A stretch of 64,000 nucleotides of DNA from the human T2T-CHM13v2.0 reference genome, Homo sapiens. The position numbers were made by a program, and so were the translations under genes. The notes under the pieces are model-generated. The model saw only the letters and a program-made list of their open reading frames with translations, was not told the DNA's origin and did not search any database. Where the stretch lies: assembly GCF_009914755.1 (NCBI RefSeq), contig NC_060931.1. One strand, 5' to 3'. This document shows, one piece after another, positions 52,891-64,000 of this stretch; within the stretch, counting starts at the first letter, position 1, and every line of letters begins with the position of its first letter.

Positions 52891-54940
52891 TTATAATCAT
52901 CATCCATCGCCACCTCCTTGCTCCACCTAACATGGACTCCACCATGAAGATGCCACTTCTGATGCAGCCCCCGCAATGGAGGCTCTCATTTACCACACCT
53001 ACCAAACGAAAAGCCTAGACAGAAAAGTTTGTCAGAATGTCGACTCAGCAACATGTTATTTCAACATCCACATGCCTTTTAGTTATTTGACCTCCTCAGA
53101 TCTGGTTGTCTTCATTTACATTCCCGAACACTCCTCGATTGTTCATTATTCAGAATGCATGCAGGTCAAATATCTTAAACCTCAATATGCTACTCTCTGG
53201 GCACAACCATCTAATCATCCACATCCCTCAAGCCACTATGTTGGTACTATGATCTCACTGAGACCTGGGATTCTATGGTCTTCCATTTTCTTGCAGCGTA
53301 GCAGACTGCTACTGGCCTCCTGGCCTCCCTTCTCCACCTTGCCTGAATGCTGCAGTTCATCTGTGGCACTACCCCATCTCCAATCCTCTCAACTCTCTGG
53401 TACCTCTACCCTTCTTCGATTTTCTTTAAGCATAAACTCATCCTAAATTAGTGATACAAACTCTTCTCTCTTTTCCTATAACAGAATGGTAAGAATCCAG
53501 AAAAGATATTATTTTGTGACCTTAGGCCATTAAAGATTAGTTTTTTAATTTCAGTGGGGTTGGCAATACCACTAGAAGTAGTATTTTCAGATCACTTTAT
53601 TCTTTGTCCAGAGAGAGGACTGTGGTGAGCTGTGAATATATTTAACTGCAGATTTCAAAGGCTGGGGTAAAAGTGACAGAATGGAAGTACAAGCTATATG
53701 TTCCTATAATGTAGACTGTCTAAAGTCCATTTTCTGTAATAAAGAGTACTAATATTGTGATTAGTTTCAATTAATTTTTTGTTACTAGTGCTTATCACAG
53801 ACATATATGATTGCTGAATGTATAAATTATATAACTAATAAGATAAAAAGCAAGGGGCATGGAAAGTAGAAAAAGTAGGAATGAGAGATAGGCTTTCTGA
53901 AGATAAAAAGAGGTAAGACGTGTAAAACATTTAGTACATTGCTTATTACACGGTAGCCCTCTAAGTTCTAGAATTTTATCTCATATTTCTTCTCATTTTC
54001 TTCCTTGTATTTCTTCTTATTCTCCTCCTCTCCTCTTTGTTTTGCATTGTAAATAGTATCATTATCAATACTATGAAATTATGAATCTAAGAGAATCAAC
54101 CTCAGCAAGCCAATACATATGGACAAAAGTTAAGAAGTCAAAACGAAGAGAAATCCTTTGTCTGATTAAGTTTGCAGAGGCTTTTCACAGTCTTTATAAC
54201 TGAAGGCCACTTGACCAAGATGAGAGATATTGGTAAATTTTGTAGCCCTAAGTGCTTTAGGTAGAAGGTATATTTATATAGAGTTTCTGTTATCCATGAT
54301 GTTCCCATTAGTTCAATAATTGCATGAGTACCTCTCCTGAATTACGTAATGATCTATTACACACATACCTATTGATGTAAGATAGGAGAAACACCAATGT
54401 GGATATGCCTTAAGTGTTGGAGGACACATCTAGCTTTTATTTTACCCCCTTATCATATATACTGTCACAGGTAAGTAATTTATTCTACAAGCACGTATAT
54501 ATTTATTCATTCAGCAATCATATATGTGCTGTGCTAAGCACTAGTACCAAAAATTAATTTTAAATAATCATAGTATTGGTATTCTTTATTATAGAAAATG
54601 GAATTTAGACCCAGTCTGCCTGTTTGAAAAATAAAAATTATAGTAACTGCTTATCTACATTAAAGAAGTATTGGGAGAACGGTTGTAACAAATAAGTCAA
54701 AATTATTCACATAATTGTGATATACCAAAAATATTATTTCTTCTTTTAAAGTTAACTAGATTAACAGTTCAGGGCTATACAGTACACTCTGTGTGTTCTA
54801 ATTTCAGCCATGACATGTATGAAGTATTTTAAAATATGATAATGAAAAAGATGATGTCTTACAGGACACCCAAAAGTACAATTTGGTTAATTCATAAAGT
54901 TTAGAAAATGAATGAATAGTAGTGGTTTTATTCCTACATA

Positions 54941-54973
54941 GTGTGTATGTGTGTGCGTGTGTGCCTGTGTGTG

Positions 54974-55003
<30 letters not shown>
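54941..55003. repeat. (TG)n microsatellite, interrupted
   Basis: Direct inspection. Confidence 0.95.
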
Positions 55004-55004
<1 letters not shown>

Positions 55005-57539
55005 AGGTTTTACTCTTAACATAGTGGTGCTTTTCAATGTTTATCTACAACTTGTATAAAAAATAAAGTCAAGCTTACCAAATTTGAAGGTGAATTAAAA
55101 ATATAAACACAGTACACATAATAAATGTCATGGCTGTATTTCAAAAAATAGGTATAACATGGCACACAAACTGAAACAAATAAGATTAAATTTATTAAAA
55201 AGAGCTAAGAACTTCTATATTTAGGTTATAAAAGCAGCTAGACAAACATAGGTTGACAGGCAGCAAAATGTTTAACACTTCACATGAAAAGAAAAAAGAC
55301 TTTGTAGTAAGAGTTTAACATTTGTGTAACTGCCTACATCCCCATTCTCACTGCTAAGTATTCCCTCATGACAGTCCTAGCCTGCAGTCTTGAATATATA
55401 TTGCACAGAAAACAGAAAGAAACAATCTCATATATTCTTTCCTGGTCAGACAACCTAATGAATAGTTGGAAGAATAAGGAATTTTCAACTTGGAGAAGAA
55501 AATTATATAGGGAGAGTCTACGTTCAAACAGCCAACAGCTACTAGGTGGAAAATGGTTTGAATTTATTATTATGTTAAAGAGAAAAGTGAGGTCTGATAG
55601 GTTGATGTTCTAGGAACAAGGGTTTAACTAGCAACATTTCTAATATTGTGAACCCTCCAGGCTTCCTGTCCTGGACACATTAAAGTAAGTGTTCATTACC
55701 CTTTTATCTGATGTAAGAATTATCCATCCCTGCCTGAAGAGAGGCGTTGGACTTGATTTCAAAAATTTTCTTCAAGCTAAAATCCTGTGAATCCTGAGTC
55801 TCCATGTAATTTGTTCATATTTCAAGGAAAAACACATGGAAAAAATCAGTAGTTTTATATGTATAATGTGGTTTTAGTTAACTGGGGGAGGGGGTATTGG
55901 TTACCAGACCTGCATTATATGCTTGGCTTTGCAACTCACTTGAGTGACCTTGAAAAGATTACTTAATCTTCTACCAGTGAAGGAGAGGTAAGAGGCTCCA
56001 TTGTCACACATTTAACCTGTAAAATTATTTCTACTAATGAAAGCCCATGGAGAAGCTCAATATGCAAACAGAAATAAATTCCCAGCTGGTGTGATTTCAG
56101 TAGGAATGGTCATGGCCTACCCAATTCCTTGTCCTGCCTCCCTGCAACGATATGTCTCCACAGTCAGCCCAGGATGGGGCTTCATAGACATCCAGAGCCT
56201 GCTCACAGTCAAGTTTCAACACAAACCAACCAACCTGAGATAAATGGCTTCTAGAATCTTATCACCTCTATCTGAATTTACATTGTTTAGATATATAATG
56301 TGTCTTGAAAATCAATCATGTTTTATCTCTGTCCCAAATGTTTTTTATTTGATATTAACATTCAGCTTATATCAAAGAATTTTAGCATTGAAAATGCATT
56401 GTTTTATGGCTTATTTTAATACTATTCAAAAAGGTATGATACAATAAATTGCTCTATTTTTTGTTTCCCTATTTATACTTTAAGTGAACATAAAACATTT
56501 TTCTTATACTATTAATATGTAGTTACATGTTGTTTGCCACACATTCTTCACATATACATTTCATATGTATTTCATACATGATTGATAGCATATAGTATAT
56601 ATAAATACATAATGCATTTATATATGGACCACATTTAAAATCCTTTTTTTCAATGGGTAAAAACCCCAAGGAAATATTTTAGCTCCTTTCAACCTATTTT
56701 AAAAACATCACCAGTTTCTAAGTAGCAATGTAAAATGAATGTGCAATTAATAGTTCTAAGAAATGGGAATAGCATAATATTTTCACTGTGATGAACTTCT
56801 GGCATTTAAAAGGACTTTAATACGGATAGCAAATATCTCAAGATATAATTGAGTTGTGAATAGTTAGGTTTGTGAGCAAGGATGAAATCTCCAGCTGGAA
56901 TATTCAAAGATAATCATTTAAAGATTTTCTAGTTTTCATGATTGGCCAAAAATAAAATTGTTAAACTTAACTTGTAACCCAGTAAAAGAAAAATTAAACT
57001 AAAATAGTCACTAATATAGGTAGAAATAATAAGAGGCAGATGAAAACAAGCAACAACAAGAAATAATAAGATATTGATGAAAACAAGTAATTACGGGACA
57101 CTCATCATTTCCCACGATAGAACTGATATTTCTTAAATGTTATCATCACAGTGTACTTAGCAGTAGTCAAGACTTTATTAAAATACTCAATCTTGTTTAG
57201 GGCGAACAAATTAAGTTACCTGTGGGACTACAAAGAAAGCCCTGAAGAAAGTTACAAATATCTTTCACTAACAAACTAGCATATGTCTTAAGTCATAACA
57301 TGTAAATTATGAATATTTTGACCACAGTTTCCTCACTGAACTATTGCATAAATATCTGTAATTCAATACTGTTAAATCCTTGAAGCATAGATCCTAAGAG
57401 GGAAGCACAAATAGGCAATATCATTGATCTTGATATTGAGGCATGTGCCACTTATCAGAAAACAGTAAACACAGGCTTCTGCAGTTACCCGAAACTCTCC
57501 TGAAAAATGACTTAACACAAGAAGAAAGCTAACTCCTCT

Positions 57540-59500
57540 CCTATTCCTGTGTTCTCCTTCATTGTTTTTATTAACCAAAGTCCTGAAAGAGTGGTTTGCA
57601 CTCTGTCTGCACTTCCTCTACTGTTAATGATTTAGCCTTATGAAATCTGGTGTTTTCTTTCATCATTCAACTAAAATGTCTTCACTTCAGATCACAAATG
57701 GCCTTCCAGTGGCAAATTGAATGGACACTTTTAAATTATATAACCTGATCTTACTCTAGCATTTGAACAGATTTTGATTGCATGTAATTATTGTGATTCC
57801 GTTCTCTTCTGGTTCAATTATTACTCCTCTGAGTATAATTTTCACTCACTGACTGATTTCCTTTTTGCCACTTGGCTCTAAATGTTAGTGTTCCTCAAGG
57901 TTCCATGCAACGCCCTCATTTTCTCTGTGTACTTAGTCTCACCAGGCAAACTCCTCCACCCTGGGGTGTTTTCAGCAATCATCTATATCACAATGCCACA
58001 GATAGTGAGATGTCCGGCTTTGCTGTTCGTCTACTTTCCAATGCCACTTTTTCAACTAAATAAATGATTTTTCCTCTAGTGTATTCCATAGGCAGCCAAA
58101 ATTAAGGATGTTTAAAGTAGCACTTCTTAATTCAAACTTCAAATTCTTCCCAGTTAATTTTATCATGATTTCATTGGGTAGCCATATTAGAAACTTTAGA
58201 TCCTTCTTAAATCTTCCATCTATTTCACCTTCTACTCCCAACACCAGTAGATTATTAATACTAAGCACTGCTGATCTTCCCAGGTTAATATTTTTACAAT
58301 TATTACCGCTGTCCATTCTCCTCTGCCTTACTTTACTTTATTCTTCTTGCCTCAAATCTTACTTTCTCTAATTCATTCTCCTTACTGTTAACTAAAATGA
58401 TCTTTTAAAAACATAAAGAAAATATACTTGATATCTTAATTAAAAATACTTAATATTGTCCCATTGGATAAAGGACATAATTCAACTTCTTAACCATGAC
58501 ATACAAGTGCACATAAAATTATTGATGCAGCCCTTCTCCACCCTACCCACAATACATAGCACACATGGCCTCTATTACCTCTTCAAGAATCCTCCATTAT
58601 TCCCATTTCTTTTGCATTTTCAATATCTCCCCATTAGCTCCACTTTTCAGCATAGATACATGCATATTATAAGTTTAAATGTAAACTGTTTGTATTTCCT
58701 TCATCTGTTTCTCTATAGCTATTAGTCCTACATTTACTCCCCTATTACTGCTATAATTTCGCTTTTTCTGTCACCTTATTGCCTGTGCCACCAGCTATGT
58801 TAAGCAATGTTCCTCTAATGAACAAATTCAGTAGGCATTATTTAGAACTTACCTTTTATAAGTACTCAACAGGATTTGATATTTTTAGTCTCTTTCTTTT
58901 TAAATAAATCCACCCCTTGGCTTTTATTATATGACTCTCCCCGCTCTCTACCTACGCATCTGCCTATGAGATGATGGAGTTTCTCGGGATCCCTAACAAG
59001 TGCACTTCTTGTCTCTTTCTGAATCTATACACTATCTCTGGAAAAATCCATCTACATCTATGGATTCATCTATAGCATTTTTTTTGCTCTGCTTTTCAAA
59101 TTGAGATATATAGCTTAGTTCTTGGTTTTCGTTTTTGTTTTTTCTAAACTACCAACTTAAATCCACATAACTATTTACTGGACATCTTTATCAGATGACC
59201 CTGCAAATACTTTAAACTGAAGATGTCTACAGATTGAACCAATAATCTAAATTGACCCAAAGCTAGGCAAAGTAGCGTCAAGGCCTTCCACCATCAGGCA
59301 AAACAGTAATCTGGGAAATATACTAAATTATTCCTGTGCTCTCTCTACCATCATCACCACAGAAAATATGTTACCAAGAACTTTCAATGCTGTCTCTTAA
59401 ATATCATTCACATTCACCATCTGTCATTCCCTCTGTCTTTATTCAAATCTCATCCTTCTCTCACCAAGATCAATGTAGTCTCATTACTGAGTTCTCAACC
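57540..59500 (+). mobile_element. L2 fragments
   Basis: 'gatcacaaatggccttccagtggcaaattgaatggacactttt', 'ctctaaatgttagtgttcctcaaggttcc'. Confidence 0.6.
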
Positions 59501-59897
59501 ACTATTCACATGAACTACATAAAACAGAAAATGAGAACAAACATAGTATAAATTAACAAAAATTACATTTGTAAATTAAAATAATATGGCTACTTATTTA
59601 TATGTATTATAATTTAAAAGTTGAAAAGAAATTTAGTTATAACCAAAGATTATCTGAAATGGAAAAAGAATGAAAAAATTCTCATAATGAGAAAAATCAA
59701 TAAATAAAGGCAAAAGAATATTCTTTGCTTTTTGCTTACAAATTCTTGTTTTGTACTGACAAAGAAATTTTGAGTTAGAAGAAGTCTCATTACTCACACA
59801 GCTCAGATTGAAAAGAGAGGAGAAAAAGTGGCATGATGAGTCATTATTAATCTCAGGCCTCTGGTGAACACACAGTAAATTGGATTTCTTTCTTTCT

Positions 59898-60134
59898 TTG
59901 TTTCTTTTTTTGGCTCACTGTAAGCTCCGCCTCCCGGGTTCATGCCATTCTCCTGCCTCAGCCTCCCAAGTAGCTGGGACTATGGCGCCCGCCACCACAC
60001 CTGGCTAATTTTTTTGTATTTTTTTAGTAGAGACAGGGTTTCACCGTGTTAGCCAGGATGGTCTCGATCTCCTGACCTCATGATCCGCCCGCCTTGGCCT
60101 CCCAAAGTGCTGGGATTACAGGCATGAGCCACTG
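59898..60134 (-). mobile_element. AluY lacking ~50 nt of its 3' end, TSD-flanked
   Basis: AluY diagnostics; TSD atttctttctttct at 59884-59897 and 60137-60150. Confidence 0.92.
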
Positions 60135-60202
60135 GTATTTCTTTCTTTCTAAGATGGCTCAACTAACAACCCCTGTTAAGGCTTTGTGTTTTAGAAGGCT
60201 GG

Positions 60203-60571
60203 TGCTGTGGACTGACTGTGTCCTCCCGAAATTAATATATGAATCCTTAATCCCCGCTGTGATGGCACTTGGATATGGAGCCTTTGGGAGGTAAGCAGGT
60301 TTAGATGAGGTCATGAGAGTGGAGCTCCCACAAGGGGATTAGTGTCCTTATAAGAAGAGGAAGATACTTCTTCTTTCTCCCTCTCCCATGGGAGGATGTA
60401 GCAAGAAACTGGACATCTATAAGCCAGAAAAAGTGGCCTCACTAGAACAGAATTACCTAGCACATTGATCTTAGACTTCTCAGGCTCCAGAACTGTGAGG
60501 AAATAAATTCTTGCAGTTCAAGCCACTCAGTCTAGAGTATTTTGTTATGGCAACTGGAACAGACTAAGGCA
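60203..60571 (+). mobile_element. MLT1A-like solo LTR
   Basis: 'tgctgtggactgactgtgtcctccc..ggagcctttgggagg..gggattagtgtccttataag..cagactaaggca'. Confidence 0.88.
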
Positions 60572-61029
60572 ATTAGTTTGTTTAGTCTTAGACAGCTAAG
60601 AGCTGATAACATGCTATGAAGAAAATCCAGTTTTTGTTATCTTCTCATGCTCACGTTGACTCTACATGAAAATCCTGCCAAACAAAATAATCATTTAGTA
60701 GTGGGCCATATTTGTAATTCTTTTGTGGCGATCTAAATTTGATATATAACATTTATTTTCCAGGTCCAAAAAGCTTACAAAGAAATTTTTATATCACTAT
60801 CCTAAGCCAATACATTCAAGTTTTTGTTCATTTTTGAAATAAATCAATGCAGTGGTTGTTGTGCACCCTGTTGAAAAGCAATGGCTAATTATATTTGTTA
60901 CAAATCACCTTGAGTAAAGTAAAATACAACATAATTAAGAGTAGATAAAGAAAATAAGAAATCTGAAAGTAGGCATTGTTTTAGCCACTCAATGACATCA
61001 AGGGCAGTATTTCCCTGAATATCTGTGGT

Positions 61030-61322
61030 TGCAAATGGCTGTGATAATCCTAATTTGGGGTCTAAATCCAGGCAACAAGAAGGAAGGAAGATGCCTGCTG
61101 CATCTGTTCTTTTTAACAGGAAAGCAAAAGATTTCCTAGAAACATTCCCATGAGACTACTTTTAATATATCTTTGACCAGAACTGTACCACCTGGGCACC
61201 CACAGTGTGAATGGAGACTGTAAGAGCAAGTCTCAAGCTGTTTCAACCCTTACAGTAGAGGCAGGGAAGGAGAAGAGGATTGGGAATGGGTTTTTGGTTA
61301 ATTGACCAATAGCATCTGCTAC
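61030..61322 (-). mobile_element. MLT1J/K-like LTR fragment
   Basis: 'gcaaatggctg..ttgaccagaactgtaccac..gaccaatagcatctgcta'. Confidence 0.5.
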
Positions 61323-61704
61323 TCCAATTATCCATCAACTGATCCAGAATTATTATTATTTATTACAAAAGTTAACCAGAACGCCTCAACTCTTAGAAAC
61401 ATAGGATTTAAAATATCACTTCATGGAAACAGGTTCTTTCTATCTTTGAATACCTTTCATAGTATTAGGTCGAGTCAGGGTGACTTATCTCCTTAATAAA
61501 ATGAAGAAAAAGTAAAGTAAGAAGATTCAAAGGTCTTTACAAACAGCTCAGGTCTGTGAATTTTTTTTAAGGTTATTATATTTGTATATCAGGCAAGGTT
61601 TCTTGTATGTCTTTAAGAAGGGTTGTTTTGTCTTGGAATTCAGTGCTGGTTTCCTGAAAGAAAGCCAACAAGAGAACATCAGCTCAAAAGCAGTGAGTTA
61701 TAGT

Positions 61705-61925
61705 GCTGGAGAGCTCAGCAACTGTGTCAAGTAGAGATAAGTTCAATTCCTCAATCCAGTCCCTACCAACCATATTACTGCAAGAAAGTTATTAAACCCA
61801 TCTAATACTCTGTTTCCTTACCTGTAAATGAGAATTATAATATTTACCTCATAGGGAGGATCCTTGTGAAATATGAATAGAAAAATTTATGTAGACTTAA
61901 CCTTGAGAAACATACTTAGTGTTAT
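61705..61925 (+). mobile_element. MIR
   Basis: 'ctgtttccttacctgtaaatgagaattataatatttacctcatagg'. Confidence 0.7.
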
Positions 61926-64000
61926 TGGGCAAACTGCTAGTTGCCTATCCAGTAACCATTTACCACTCTACATAGGCATGTGTATAATTAAAGACCACAA
62001 CTCCTTTGCGGATAAGGGTCACCATGTGACTAGATTCTTATCAGTGAGATGGAAGCATTAAAGTTTCTCAGGCATCTTTAAAAACGGTGCCGAAGAGCTG
62101 GCACATTTTGCCCTTTGCCTTTTCTTTTCTCCCAACTGATGACTGGTGTCCCAGCCATCATCTCATGACCAGCAGAGTATAAAACCAAACAAGTCTTAAG
62201 CTTCTTGAAACTTCTTTTAAGTTATTTTTACAATAGTATGCTGCTTTATTTTGGGGTAGTATAAAGTATTATCTACTCATTTTTGGGGGTTACAACTTTA
62301 GTTTCACACAAATTGTCAGCAAAGGCATACATTCAATATGGGGGACCATAGAAAATCTTAAAAAGGAGCTTACTGTGTTTATTATCCTCAGGGTAGAAAA
62401 AAAAAGCCCTCACTATCCATGGAAATGATATAAAAAAAGAAGGAAGGTTTCTTTTATTTCTTCTGTTCTCATGAGAATCTGTCTTATAACTATGTAATAA
62501 ATTATGAAAGGCCTGAAGAATATCATATTCTCTTCTCACACTTGCTACATAATTTTTTTCAATGAAAATTATATGACTCATAATCTTAAGACATATTACC
62601 AACTACAAAATGAATGATATTAGAGGAAGTCAGCTTAGCTCAAAGCTTTCCAGGCAACCCAATAATAATTTGTTGTCCTTCTCCTTAAAAAGGCATAAAG
62701 TGAACCCTGTGCTAAGAACTATTTATAATAAACAAGTAAAGCCCGAAGAGGTTGATTAAAATACCTTCAAATTGCATATTTTGACATTAAATGAAAAACC
62801 TCTTCAGAAATCTATTCGTGATTAACATTTTAAGTGATCTTTAGGAGATTATTACAAGACCTATAAAGAATGGAGAAAAGCAAAGTTGAGCTACAAATAG
62901 AAAATATTAACATACTAACTCCATTTAAATTTATTTCTTTTGCTTCTTCACTTGCTTCAATAATTTGATATTAATCTATTTACAATTGTTATGAAAAACT
63001 TTAAAAAGGCAAAAGGTTTTTTTTTTTTTAATAAAAAGCTCCAGAAAACAAAACAAAAAAAAGAAAACAAACCTAAACATAAAACAATGGAATGACTATT
63101 TAGGTGGTGTGGAATGAAAGGACACAACAAATCAATTACTAGGGTTGGAAAAATGTCATTGTATCTAGCAACAATCTGCATATCTTGACCTCAGCAAAAC
63201 AAATTTCAATGGATCACTGAGATGGTATGAGGGTAGGTGGCTGATATATCAGTAAAGATATTAATAAGAGAGAGAGAAACAAAATACAAGCAAAAATACC
63301 AAATAGGGTGAGAAAGAAAGGGTGACTATGTTTTTTACAACATGGCACAGTCCTCTGTTCTTTAATAATACTTTTGTCTTGCTTCACACTCAGCTATCTC
63401 TTCTTGGTGTTGCTGACATACCTGTCTCTAAGAATATCTTCTCCATAGACACCTTCTAAAGATTTACTAAGAACATTCAAAACTTGGTACACTACATATT
63501 CAAGCTGACTAGAATTGTTTATAAACATTAAGTAACTTGTGATTAATAGACAAGTAGCTCTGGCCTGACAATAAAGTACTTGTAGAATTTAACATTTTAA
63601 AATAATTCTCTGCTTATTTCTTGGCTGTGTTCTTAATCTTCAATGTTATCAGATGAGTAATGTGTGAATGACTGAATTATTCCTCTGCATAAGACTTCTG
63701 ATCATTCTTGGAGGATCTATGATATAGGTCCTTGAGATAAATGCTGGAAAGTGAAAGTCACTGAGGATTTCTCCTGAAAACATATCACTGTGGCCCACTG
63801 AGAAGCTCTGAGATCATTCCCAAGAGTCTTCTTTTTAGCCCCTTGGCTAGAAACAATTATTTTGAGAATCTTTTCATCAGAAATTTGAGAGTACATAATT
63901 TCTTATTACTTAATCAAAGCTATAGGTGGAATGGTATGTGGCATTTTAAAACAAATTTAAATCCTGACTCAAGATTCAAGTTAAGTTGTAGTCTAAAAAT

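Noticed and set aside
52976-53446. 156-aa ORF
   Set aside because: Ser/Leu/Pro-rich translation of pyrimidine-rich DNA; no recognised homology or promoter context.

Overview
AT-rich, CpG-depleted primate genomic DNA. AluS/AluY, MER11, LTR22, THE1 and MADE1 together point to a catarrhine, most likely human. The window reads as intergenic or deep-intronic. I can support no intact protein-coding gene, RNA gene or CpG island, and the ORF-track entries are repeat-derived or chance ORFs. It is a dense, nested transposon archive: a 5'-inverted (twin-primed) L1PB-type element with a 16-bp TSD, at least 7 Alus, solo LTRs (MER51, MER57, MER11, LTR22, 2x THE1, several MLT1/LTR16/LTR33), an LTR-less ERVL-class (HERV16-like) gag-pro-pol relic, DNA transposons (MER63, MER46C-like, MER2, MADE1) and many L2/MIR fragments. 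I did not find a supportable novel biological system. The best leads are splice-signal configurations (AG|GT recursive-site-like motifs and clustered minus-strand donors), a transversion cluster in a CpG-rich AluY, a compensated MADE1 hairpin, an unexplained 91-bp direct duplication and a few motif-dense candidate enhancers. Repeat family names come from my recall of consensus sequences, not from a search. Subfamily calls and boundaries of old repeats are approximate.
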